IMG/VR virus record: IMGVR_UViG_3300036402_000303
Location: 1-64,000 of that record
DNA from: a virus
Length of the DNA stretch: 64,000 bases
Direction: 5' to 3' (one strand)
In this document: positions 9,023 to 17,870 of the stretch, in pieces
Numbering within the stretch: position 1 is the first letter of the stretch
Layout of the letters: each line of letters opens with the position of its first letter
Notes under the pieces: model-generated
Database searches by the model: none
What the model saw: only the letters and a program-made list of their open reading frames with translations
What the model was told of the DNA's origin: nothing
Translations under genes and position numbers: made by a program

Positions 9023-10104
9023 TCCGTCATCACGAGAAAAAGCCCCGAAAGCGCGTCGACGCTCCGGGGCCGATAACCTATTTCGTCACAGGAAACACCA
9101 TGCCACAACACAACCGCAAAAACAAATCCAGTAACGACAATAACCGCCCGTCTCCAATCATCACCTCACCGGAAGGTGTGAAGATTCAGATTACCGCTGG
9201 CCGCAAGCTTCAAGCGATCCGCTCCTTTGCCCGTGATCCTGAAATTACAGACGCCCAATTCAGGTCGATAGTCTGCATCGTTGACCGGCTGAATGAGGGG
9301 CGTGGCGAAGAGAGGCTCTGGGGAAGTGCCTATCCGAACTTCGAAACGCTGGCAGCAGATATCGCGAAGGATGTGCGCTCTGCAAAGCGAATCGTCAAAG
9401 AACTGGAAACCGGCCAGCGTGAAACCCGTTCCGACGGAGTAAAGAAGCTGAGCCCCGGCAAGGTCGTTCTGAGCGTCCAGCGATCAAAGGATCAGGACGG
9501 AAAGGACAGTGTTAATGAGTACCGCTTGAAGGAATGGGGTGCGTTCGTTGTCGCAGAACAATTCGAGGAGGGTGCGGTGACCGCACCCATACAGTCCGGG
9601 GAGGGTGCAGTGACCTGTAAGGAAGGGTGCGGTGACCTGTCAGGGAGGGTGCGGTCACCTGTCGGGAAGGGTGCGGTGACCGCACCCGACTCTACCCACT
9701 TACTCTCCTCAGAAACTCCACCCACAAACTCACCTCACATGGCGCCCGCCTGCGTCGAGCGTGAGCCGGTTGCTTCGATTGTTGATGAAGTCCGACCCAC
9801 CCAACCGGGAAATGACAACGATCCAGAATGGCCGTCAGCGGACGATGCCGTCGCCAAGTTCGCATTCCACTACCCCAAGGCAGTAGATCCTTCGAAGATA
9901 CGCAATCTCTTAGAAGAGATCAGGAAAGACGGCCGGACCAAGTTTAAGGATATCCTGCGAGGTGCCAGCCACTACAAGAAAGAGACGGTTGAGACCAAAC
10001 TCGAGTTCATCAAGTGGCCGGAGAACTTCTTGAAGGGCCGGCACTGGGAAGGGTATCAGCGAGACCGCACCAAAACGAGGTTCAAGAAGGTCGTGGCGAT
10101 CTAA
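9019..10104 (+). CDS. Phage-type replication initiator (HTH N-terminus, lambda-O-like layout)
   Basis: AYPNFETLAADI...AKRIVKEL...NEYRL HTH; internal iterons; C-terminal YPK...ILRGA..Y...FL..R.WE domain. Confidence 0.8.
   Translation: MIRHHEKKPRKRVDAPGPITYFVTGNTMPQHNRKNKSSNDNNRPSPIITSPEGVKIQITAGRKLQAIRSFARDPEITDAQFRSIVCIVDRLNEGRGEERLWGSAYPNFETLAADIAKDVRSAKRIVKELETGQRETRSDGVKKLSPGKVVLSVQRSKDQDGKDSVNEYRLKEWGAFVVAEQFEEGAVTAPIQSGEGAVTCKEGCGDLSGRVRSPVGKGAVTAPDSTHLLSSETPPTNSPHMAPACVEREPVASIVDEVRPTQPGNDNDPEWPSADDAVAKFAFHYPKAVDPSKIRNLLEEIRKDGRTKFKDILRGASHYKKETVETKLEFIKWPENFLKGRHWEGYQRDRTKTRFKKVVAI
9568..9687 (+). repeat. Five iterons (A/G)AGGGTGC(G/A)GT(G/C)ACC, putative origin of replication
   Basis: Starts 9568, 9601, 9623, 9645, 9667 (spacing 33, 22, 22, 22); first and last are palindromic GGGTGCGGTGACCGCACCC. 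Confidence 0.85.
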
Positions 10105-10116
10105 GGCTGACAATCC

Positions 10117-10314
10117 CCACCGGACCTCGAAAGGGGAGGCCGGTGGTTTCCGTGCGTGGGGCGAAGGATCGACCCTAGGTGTCTCACAGCGCGTCAGCTC
10201 TAGTTTTGAGGCGCCCGCCGGGTGGTCACCTTATCGACCGTGGTACACCTCCCGAGCGGTCCTGAGTGTACTCTCGATTGAGCGTGAGGTGCATCGACCC
10301 GGCTCCTTGCGCAC
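10117..10314 (+). ncRNA. Candidate structured RNA of unknown family
   Basis: GAAA-capped hairpin 10117-10146; closing stem 10152-61/10305-14; stems 10178-86/10207-15 and 10217-23/10297-303; many G-U pairs on the + strand. Confidence 0.5.
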
Positions 10315-10471
10315 TCCTTAAAGAGAGCAATTGTGATTTTCTTCCGCGGTCGTCCGACTTATGCCTGAAAACAGCGCGTTTCCTCAATTCTGGGGCTCAG
10401 ATCTTGAGATGACATTCGCTGCTATTGCCTAACAGCTGGGTGCTGACATTTGCATCCGGTTTGTGCGCCTC

Positions 10472-10500
10472 TTGACAAAAGAAGGGTATCCCTGTACAAG
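10472..10500 (+). promoter_or_regulatory. Sigma70-type promoter
   Basis: TTGACA-N17-TACAAG. Confidence 0.6.
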
Positions 10501-10541
10501 ACCTGACACCCTGCAAGAATTCTGAAAATCACCCAACCCGC

Positions 10542-10572
10542 AAAACCCCGCCCTCACCGGCCGGGTTTTTTC
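10542..10572 (+). terminator. Intrinsic terminator
   Basis: AAAACCCCGCC-loop-GGCCGGG followed by T7. Confidence 0.65.
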
Positions 10573-10713
10573 CGTTTTGGGGGTCGGAATTTTTGGCCGA
10601 TATCGCATCCGCCAGCCCGATCATCAGCATTTGCCGGGCGGTCCTGCCACCTCTCGCCACACCGCAACCCACCCCTAACGTCCGCACGTCATCGCGCGGG
10701 CAAACCTTGACCC

Positions 10714-10932
10714 ATGTCTCAACTAGGAAATTTCATGCCGCAAGAACTAAACGTAGCAAACATGTGGACCGAACCGACTCGGACTGTCGGCACGGTCTTT
10801 CCTCGATCGATGGTCGATGCGATCGAAGTTCGAGCGAGAGCCGAACTAATTTCTCGATCGTCTTGGATGCGCCGAGTCATCCTCGCCGAGCTTTCGAAGC
10901 GGTTCTCGGTGACTCAGGAACAGAATCGATGA
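10714..10932 (+). CDS. Ribbon-helix-helix regulator
   Basis: TRTVGTVFP...VDAIE...ISRSSWMRRVI pattern; ATGA-coupled to next gene. Confidence 0.6.
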   Translation: MSQLGNFMPQELNVANMWTEPTRTVGTVFPRSMVDAIEVRARAELISRSSWMRRVILAELSKRFSVTQEQNR

Positions 10933-11189
10933 AGAACTTGGATTTGATATCTGGCTGGTCCAATACGCTTACGGCTTTGCGCTGTTACACTCGGTCACGG
11001 GGTGTTGCACTTTCGTCTGAGCTTGAGAACCAGCTGACGGTCGCGCTTGTCGGCCGCATTAAGTTTGCGACGACGGACGAGCCTGTAGTGTTTGTCGACG
11101 ATAATGGCAAAGAGCACGATCTACTCACTCACGTCCTTGGAAGGCGGCCGGTCACGCCGCGGGCTCAGCTCAAACGAGAGGCAGCGTAA
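10929..11189 (+). CDS. Hypothetical protein
   Basis: ATG 10929 overlaps previous stop; GAGG RBS for next gene. Confidence 0.6.
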   Translation: MKNLDLISGWSNTLTALRCYTRSRGVALSSELENQLTVALVGRIKFATTDEPVVFVDDNGKEHDLLTHVLGRRPVTPRAQLKREAA

Positions 11190-11576
11190 ATGGCCGATCC
11201 TCTCGAAACCTTGATCCTGACAGAAGCCCGCAAGCAGGGCTGTCAGCCGAATACAGACGCAATGCGACAGGCGACCATTCATCTTGCCGGGGCTACCCTA
11301 AACGACCAAGGCCTGATCCATTTACCGAACGTCGGCAGCATCGCTCCGGCCGATTTCATTCGCTCGCTGCGAAGCCAGGCGCCGGAGTCGTTTGCAGCCC
11401 TCAGCGACAAACCGCCGGTCACTAAATCGAGCGGCAATCTGACGGCCGACATGAAGGCCGAAGTTGCTGCAAACCGCCGCCAGCGGGCGTTACCCAGCGA
11501 CTGGTGGGCCGTTCGCTCGAATACCACCGGAACCACGGCCCAGCACATGGCCGAACGCGAAAGGAATTGGAAGTGA
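11190..11576 (+). CDS. Hypothetical protein, possibly capsid-scaffold-like
   Basis: Coupled operon; SIAPADFIRSLRSQAPESF resembles C-terminal motifs of phage scaffolds. Confidence 0.6.
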   Translation: MADPLETLILTEARKQGCQPNTDAMRQATIHLAGATLNDQGLIHLPNVGSIAPADFIRSLRSQAPESFAALSDKPPVTKSSGNLTADMKAEVAANRRQRALPSDWWAVRSNTTGTTAQHMAERERNWK

Positions 11577-11854
11577 GACGACCGGGATTTATCGCTCGCC
11601 AGAAGGCGGCGAAATTGAAAGCGGAGGGGTATGACGTTGGCGAAGGCGTTCGGGCCGCTCGTGGCCTTGCCCTCGCGCTATATGATCTCCGCAGACGGCA
11701 ATGCGACGCCGACCAGCGAGTCAATAATGCCCGTGCAAAGCTTGAAGCCGTTGACGTGTCCGCGCTGGAAGTTGAACTTTCCGCCGCGTTGGCGGAACAA
11801 GCAGCAGTCTCGGGCGAGTTGAAGGCGCTAGAGCAGCAAGCGTTGGCGGCCTGA
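11573..11854 (+). CDS. Coiled-coil hypothetical protein
   Basis: GTGA overlap; Ala/Glu/Leu heptad-rich C-terminus. Confidence 0.6.
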   Translation: MRRPGFIARQKAAKLKAEGYDVGEGVRAARGLALALYDLRRRQCDADQRVNNARAKLEAVDVSALEVELSAALAEQAAVSGELKALEQQALAA

Positions 11855-12136
11855 CGGCAAGCGGGTTAGATTTTGGACGGCAGTCACGGCCTCGCCCCCG
11901 GGGGCTGCAGTCCCTGGAGGCGCCGTGGATGATTGATGCTCGAAAGATCCTGGGCTCGCGGCTTTCATGTGCATCACGTCTCCGGCGGTTGCTGACCCTT
12001 ACTGCCGACCGACAAAGGATCGTGACCAGATCGCCAAGGCCGGCAACGTTTCTCCGGTTGGATACTTGGCTTCAGGACTATGCTGCATTCAGTTCATTCC
12101 GACTCGCGACGGGCTTATGCTAAACTCCCCGGCCGA

Positions 12137-12880
12137 TCATGCCCGACTGGATCGTTTGTTAGTACCACCAGCTACTGCGTTTTGTTTCGGTAGTCGTGAC
12201 AAGACGCGCTTCACCTGTACTGCTTGCCACTGACCACGGCCGCGTGGCGTCTCAACGCCCTGATCGCTGAGGCGCGAGGCAATGCCGCTAAGTGACGTTA
12301 CGCCGGCAGCCTGTAGCTCTAGGATGGCAAGTGCAGCATTTGCGGCCTTGGCGTCTGCGCGCTTGGCGATGGTCTCCCTGCCCTTCGCAATCGCATCAAG
12401 AGTTAAAGTGACTGGCTTACCGTCAGCGTGTGTCCGCCGACCGCCAAGCTTCACGCCCCGGGCTTTAGCGGCCTGTAAAGCGGCCGTTGTGCGGGCAGAA
12501 GCCATGCGCCGCTCTTCTTCCGCAACCATTGCCATGATGCCGATGGTCAGCCGGTTGGCGTTGGGCATGTCGGCAGCCACGAAATCAACGCCGTCCTCTT
12601 CCAATCCGAGAAGGAAATGCGCATTGCGGGAAAGCCGGTCCAACTTTGCGATGACCAGCTTCGCACCAAACATCCGGCATGCAGCACGGGCCGCCTCGAG
12701 CTGCGGCCGGTCGGATCGTTTGCCGCTCTCGACTTCCGTGAATTCTTTGACGAGCTTCCAGTCGCCTCCATTCAAATAAGCGGCGACAGCCGCTCGTTGA
12801 GCTTCAAGACCGAGGCCACTTTTGCCCTGCTTGTCTGTCGAGACGCGATAGTACGCGACCCATTTTCCAGTTGCTTTCAT
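12137..12880 (-). CDS. Serine recombinase (resolvase family with short C-terminal recombinase segment)
   Basis: YYRVST catalytic Ser, SG...RPQL, KLDRLSR motifs. Confidence 0.9.
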   Translation of the reverse strand: MKATGKWVAYYRVSTDKQGKSGLGLEAQRAAVAAYLNGGDWKLVKEFTEVESGKRSDRPQLEAARAACRMFGAKLVIAKLDRLSRNAHFLLGLEEDGVDFVAADMPNANRLTIGIMAMVAEEERRMASARTTAALQAAKARGVKLGGRRTHADGKPVTLTLDAIAKGRETIAKRADAKAANAALAILELQAAGVTSLSGIASRLSDQGVETPRGRGQWQAVQVKRVLSRLPKQNAVAGGTNKRSSRA

Positions 12881-12889
12881 CTCGGTCCT

Positions 12890-12923
12890 TACATTCTAGT
12901 CAACGTTCGTTGACTAGTTTGTA
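12890..12923. promoter_or_regulatory. Palindromic resolvase crossover/autoregulatory site
   Basis: TACA-TT-CTAGTCAACG-TT-CGTTGACTAG-TT-TGTA immediately upstream of the resolvase. Confidence 0.6.
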
Positions 12924-13275
12924 TACAGCGGGTGAGGCCTCAGCAACCGAAAACTTGCACACGATCAAAGAATCTTGCTCTCGAATCGTCAGGTCATGAC
13001 GCGGCGGCGGGCGAGGCACCTTGCTGTGTAAGGGCAGGCCCAAACATCCGCTGCATTGATCCATCCACCACGGCTTCCCAGCGCTGCACGTCGACGGCGG
13101 TGTGTCCGCGCGCCCGTGATCGATGGCCGAACTTTTCTGACGGTATGCCGCCGCATCGACCGACCGCTCAACGCAACGAATTCCTAAAAGGCCATTTACC
13201 GGCCCCCCATACGCCCCTCCAAAAGACCCACCCTATTCAGCGGGCCGCTCTAAATCGCTGCCAGAAAGAAAAAAC

Positions 13276-16200
13276 ATGTCCGAAAACCTATCCGTCATGA
13301 CCAAGTTCACAGCTCATGACGAAGCTTCGCCAGTCGTCAGGAAACTGCTGTCGAACATCCAGCGGCTTGAACGCGGTGTGAAGAACTTCAACAGCGCGTT
13401 TGGTGCATCCGCTGACGCCGGAACTGCCGCGTTCGGCAATTGGTCGAAATTGACCGACCGATTGAACCAATCGTTAAAGGCTTCTGTCCGTGGCGCAAAC
13501 GATTATGGCCGGGAATGGCAGCGGAATCATGAAACCCGTCTGCGTGGCGAACAGCGCTTGCACGCCTCAATCCTTCGCTTGGATCAAATTGCCTTTAATC
13601 GCCGCATGTCGCAGCATGCCGCCATCACCAGGCAGCAATCAAGTCTTACACATCGTGAACCCGCTCCATCGCGCATGACCGGTAGTAGCCGGTACGGCAT
13701 CTCGCCAGTGAGGACCGCAATCGTCGGTGGCATCGCCTCTGCGGGCATCGCGTCGGTCTTCAAGCGCCGAATGGAAATCGACACCGCTGAAGTGAAGGCC
13801 AGAATTTTCGGAGAGCTTTCGAAAGACGATATCAAGCAGTCCCGTCGCTGGATCGATAAAGACTCGATCAAGTACGGAGTTTCGTCTGGCAAGATCGTTG
13901 ATGCCTTTACGGAATCGCTCAAGGCCGGATTCAGCCGGGATGCGGCGCAACAGATCGCGCAAGGCGCTCTGAAGGCCCAGAGCGCGGTCGAACTCGATAT
14001 CGGCCAGCTGATTAAGCTGAGCGGCAAAACGGCAACTATTTTCGGCGGCGACGTTAAAAACACGGATCCAGCCCGCGTCTTGAAATTGATGAATGCCATT
14101 GCCGTGGCGTCGGCTGAGACCGCCGCGGACCCGGATGAGGTCATTGAAGGCTTCAAGAAAGGCAACGCAGCGCTGGCGATGTCGAAAATGTCGGAAGCCG
14201 ACCTTGCGGCGATTCTGTCGGTCGGCATCTCGGGCGGCATCCAACCAAGCAAGGCGGGAAATGCCGTCTCCAATCTGGTCTCGACTATTGTCGGCGGCAA
14301 GAGCGCTCGCGGGCAGAAGGCCCAAGACTTGAACGAAGCCGCCCGCATGCTCGGTTACGGTGGCAAGAACAATCTTTCAGATCGGATGACGAACGATCCG
14401 ACCAACGTCCTGGTCGAGATGTTCCAGCGATTGAACGCCTTGTCGGAGCAGAACAAAACCAAGGTTGCTCGCAGGCTCGGTGGGTCAGAATGGGACGATG
14501 AGATTTTGATGCTGGCTAAGCCGGTCGATCAGATCGTTGCGACGCTCAGGGCCGTGAAGTCCAAAGTAGATATGATGGACAAGTCATCGGCTGAGAAGCT
14601 GAATTCGCTTCAAGGACGGTGGTCTAGCATCTCGGCTGCGTTCGGTCTCGGATTGGAGAAATTTGGAGCAGGCTTCGAAGATCCATTTATCGAGATCTCC
14701 GACTGGTTCCGATCAAAAATCGATAAGCTTGATTTCGATTCCGTCAGGAGGAAATCAAAGCAACTCGTCGACGGATTTAAGGCGGCTTTTGGTATTGCAG
14801 ATATCAAGCAGTCCCTCGACGGCATGCTGAGCAAAATTCAATCCACCAACGTCACGAAGGTTGTTGATTTTGCGGCCGGGGTCGCGTCAGGCATCAAATC
14901 GGTCGCTGACAGTTTCGCAACTGCGATCAGATCCATCGCCAGCGTCATGGGCAAGGATGGTAATGACACCGCAGTCCTCGGCAAACTCACCGGACAGATC
15001 ATCGGCTTGTCCGTAGCGTTAGGATTGCTGGCGCCTGTCCTGACCGTGCTCGCGGGCTTGATTGGCATTGTTCGTGGTGCAGCACTGTTGCTTGGAGTCG
15101 GCACTGCCGCCCGCATTGGTGCACGTACTGCACTTGGAGTGGCCGGTGGACCCGCCGCTGGGATGGCGTTGCTTGGCGACGGTAAGCCCGGCAATAGCGC
15201 ATCCGACATCACCGGGCTTCAGGACGCGATCAAAGCGGAGAGGGAGAGGAAGCGTCTGCTTAAGGAAGCTGGTAAGGGCGATGGCAGAGCCGACCCGCTC
15301 TTCCATCCGACCAGCCTCCGCAGCGACATCGGCGACAAGTTCGATAAGATGGGCGCGAAGCTTGAGCGCATCGCCTTCCAAGGCGGCGGGATGACCGACC
15401 TCAGTTCGAGAAATCGGACCGGTGGCGGCATCCAGAACGCCATAATGGGCGGCGGATCAAGCAGCGGCGGCACCGGTGGTATGACAAAATTGCTCAGCGG
15501 CGTCGGAACTCCGAGCGCTTTGTTCAATGGCGTGCCGGGTAGCGCTTTGCCAAACTTCGGCATAGGCCGCAGCGGAACCATCATCAGGCGAGGCGGAGTT
15601 GGTGGCATCGTCAACCAGGACAGTATCCCGTCGTTCACTGGCGGTGGTGGATCGGTGGCCGACAATGTCGGGGCCGGCTTGTCGGGTAACGCGTTCCTTG
15701 CAGCTCGCCGAGGAAAGTTCGCCGAGGAGATGAAGAACGATCCAAGCCTGAGGATGCATCTCGCTGCCATGCAGCAGACCGAGGGTATCAGCAAAGGCGG
15801 AACTATTGAGAGCCTGATGAACCGCGCGGACATGCAAGGGAAGTCCCTCCGGCAGATGCTTGGCTACAGTGCTGACGGACAGATCAACCCGAGGAGCTTC
15901 TACGGTCCAATCCGTCGAGGTGAACTCGGTCCGGCAATCCGCAGGCTGCAGAGCAACCCGAAGGAGTTCGCGAAGTACGACGGCTACACCCAGCGCGCTC
16001 TTGCGGGCAATCACGCCATTGGCGGTTACACTGACCAGGGCCTGCCCACTGATCCGAACGGATCGAAGAGAACCGGCGGTCGGTTCCCGTTCATGAAGAT
16101 CAGTCCGAAGGACGGTAACGAGTTCACTGATTGGGTTGGACCGGGATCGCAATGGGGTAAGGGCCGTGCCGGTGCGATGAACTATCGCAAGTTCATCGAA

Positions 16201-16446
16201 AACGGCATCGCCGGGTCCGGCCCGGTGACCAGCAACGTGCCTTCAGCTGCTGAGAACATTCAGAACGTCCCGATGCTGAAGCCGAATAACGACGCAGGTC
16301 TCGGCGGCAGGGGCGGTCGTGGCGGCTCGACGATCAATATCAACGGTGGAAGCCATGACGCGGAGTCGCTTGCAACGCTGGTCCAGCGTCGCGTCGACGA
16401 CTCGATGCAGTGGCGAACCCACGACAGCGAGTCTGAATATACATGA
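13276..16446 (+). CDS. Phage tail tape measure-like protein with Gly-rich linker and putative C-terminal cell-wall hydrolase domain
   Basis: N-terminal FTAHDEASPVV, helical core (S.AGNA...), hydrophobic segment, C-terminal INING...LATLV. Confidence 0.75.
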   Translation: MSENLSVMTKFTAHDEASPVVRKLLSNIQRLERGVKNFNSAFGASADAGTAAFGNWSKLTDRLNQSLKASVRGANDYGREWQRNHETRLRGEQRLHASILRLDQIAFNRRMSQHAAITRQQSSLTHREPAPSRMTGSSRYGISPVRTAIVGGIASAGIASVFKRRMEIDTAEVKARIFGELSKDDIKQSRRWIDKDSIKYGVSSGKIVDAFTESLKAGFSRDAAQQIAQGALKAQSAVELDIGQLIKLSGKTATIFGGDVKNTDPARVLKLMNAIAVASAETAADPDEVIEGFKKGNAALAMSKMSEADLAAILSVGISGGIQPSKAGNAVSNLVSTIVGGKSARGQKAQDLNEAARMLGYGGKNNLSDRMTNDPTNVLVEMFQRLNALSEQNKTKVARRLGGSEWDDEILMLAKPVDQIVATLRAVKSKVDMMDKSSAEKLNSLQGRWSSISAAFGLGLEKFGAGFEDPFIEISDWFRSKIDKLDFDSVRRKSKQLVDGFKAAFGIADIKQSLDGMLSKIQSTNVTKVVDFAAGVASGIKSVADSFATAIRSIASVMGKDGNDTAVLGKLTGQIIGLSVALGLLAPVLTVLAGLIGIVRGAALLLGVGTAARIGARTALGVAGGPAAGMALLGDGKPGNSASDITGLQDAIKAERERKRLLKEAGKGDGRADPLFHPTSLRSDIGDKFDKMGAKLERIAFQGGGMTDLSSRNRTGGGIQNAIMGGGSSSGGTGGMTKLLSGVGTPSALFNGVPGSALPNFGIGRSGTIIRRGGVGGIVNQDSIPSFTGGGGSVADNVGAGLSGNAFLAARRGKFAEEMKNDPSLRMHLAAMQQTEGISKGGTIESLMNRADMQGKSLRQMLGYSADGQINPRSFYGPIRRGELGPAIRRLQSNPKEFAKYDGYTQRALAGNHAIGGYTDQGLPTDPNGSKRTGGRFPFMKISPKDGNEFTDWVGPGSQWGKGRAGAMNYRKFIENGIAGSGPVTSNVPSAAENIQNVPMLKPNNDAGLGGRGGRGGSTININGGSHDAESLATLVQRRVDDSMQWRTHDSESEYT

Positions 16447-16453
16447 TCTATTC

Positions 16454-16482
16454 CCGGCCCTTCCACTGAGGGGCGGGCTTTG
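16454..16482 (+). terminator. Putative terminator after tape measure gene
   Basis: GC-rich hairpin followed by TTTG. Confidence 0.4.
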
Positions 16483-16561
16483 TCTGAATGCAAACGAATA
16501 CAAATCGCTATGCAAATGCGAATCAGTCTGAGTGATCTATCTCAACCAGAGATAGAGGGTC

Positions 16562-17101
16562 ATGAATATGGAAATTGAAAGCAAAGTCGAAACTCTGATC
16601 CATCAACTTTTCAAAGTTGATGGATCAGCCGTTCTCGTCAACGCAGCGCAGTCCTCTGCCTACTCCCTATTGGTATTCCTTGATTTTGTCACAGCGCAGG
16701 AGTCCTTTAACGGAATTGGGCACACCCAGCCGTTACACAACGGCTGGCCGAAACAGTCGCGCTCCGTCATCACGATCTTGAAGGCCGCGTATCCCCCTTA
16801 CCCGAGGGGTAACATGGCGCAGGAGAACAAACTGGCGGCAGCGGAATTGGAAAAACTACGAGGAACGATCGACTTTCAACATATCTTGGACGGCGCAGTG
16901 CGGTATGCAAACAGTCGGCGGGGTCAGAACTGTAGGAATAATGACAGACTTTCGGCGTTCCTTGCCGAACGGAAATGGGAAGTCCAAGATAATTCATCGG
17001 TCAAGCCGCCGGATAATGACAACGATCCAGATGACCGTCGGCGGAAGATGCGGTCGTCATTCTCATCTGCTAGCCCAAGTGAGGAGGCCGCTCGAAACTA
17101 G
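16562..17101 (+). CDS. Hypothetical protein containing a copy of the Rep C-terminal domain
   Basis: AYP...FQHILDGAVRY...FLAERKWE matches Rep HYP...FKDILRGASHY...FLKGRHWE. Confidence 0.65.
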   Translation: MNMEIESKVETLIHQLFKVDGSAVLVNAAQSSAYSLLVFLDFVTAQESFNGIGHTQPLHNGWPKQSRSVITILKAAYPPYPRGNMAQENKLAAAELEKLRGTIDFQHILDGAVRYANSRRGQNCRNNDRLSAFLAERKWEVQDNSSVKPPDNDNDPDDRRRKMRSSFSSASPSEEAARN

Positions 17102-17327
17102 AATGTTTTGCAACATGGGTCGCGGAGGAGGCAGGCCGCTCTTGGGGCTCGAGAGTCTCCTGGCGGGAGGTCGCCGGTGTAAATCAGGCAGGGTGCGAGA
17201 GGGGGTACGGCCTTCCAAAAGACTCCACCCCAATCGGGAGGTTCAGTGGCGCGCTGTGCTGCGCATGACCGGCGCGCGCTCCGCGCTGAGAGTCGACAAC
17301 GGCGCCGCCGTCGGGCAGAACAGTTCC

Positions 17328-17564
17328 ATGCGTATCCCTCTGATGTTGCTTGTCACCTTACCCCTCCTGACTGCTTGCGGCGGCGGTTACCACCCCCTCG
17401 AAGGCCCTGTCGCAGACATGCGAGGCGTCGACGCCAACAAATACAATCAGGATCTGGTCGTCTGCCAGGACCAGAAACGCCAGGCGTCGTTCGTAGGGTC
17501 CGCGCAAATGATCTCGAACTGCATGGCCGCGAAGGGTTACACGATCATCGAGCCGAAGGGCTGA
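17328..17564 (+). CDS. Small lipoprotein
   Basis: MRIPLMLLVTLPLLTAC lipobox; C...CM..KGY motif. Confidence 0.75.
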   Translation: MRIPLMLLVTLPLLTACGGGYHPLEGPVADMRGVDANKYNQDLVVCQDQKRQASFVGSAQMISNCMAAKGYTIIEPKG

Positions 17565-17568
17565 CGGC

Positions 17569-17817
17569 GTGCGCATCACGCTCGTCCCGCTGACCATCCT
17601 GCCGCTCCTGGCCGCCTGCAGCACCAACAGCGCCCTGGAGACGCCCGTCGTCGACCAATGCGGCGTCCCCCATGAGGAGTTCACGGCAGACTAGGCCGAG
17701 TGCATCGATCGCGCGGCCCAAAGCGCCCCAGTGTCGTTCGGCGCGCCGATGACCGCCTGCATGCGCGAGAAGGGCTACCCGATACTGGCGGGCAGGAGCC
17801 GAGGCGATCGAGTGTAG
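17569..17817 (+). pseudogene. Paralogous lipoprotein with internal TAG (17692-17694)
   Basis: MRITLVPLTILPLLAAC...FTAD*AEC...CMREKGY. Confidence 0.65.
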
Positions 17818-17870
17818 CGAGGGCTGCGCCCTGAGATGACAATTATGCCGGTGGCGCGTACCTTCCGGAG

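Noticed and set aside
9568-9687. CRISPR array (also considered 60-270 and 36080-36234)
   Set aside because: No unique spacers and no cas genes; repeats are iterons or coding repeats
10117-10314. Retron msr/msd or DGR template
   Set aside because: No reverse transcriptase in the window and no TR/VR pair noticed
13190-13240. Satellite packaging (cos/pac) site upstream of the TMP
   Set aside because: C-rich tract only; no match to the prophage cosQ/cosN, so unsupported
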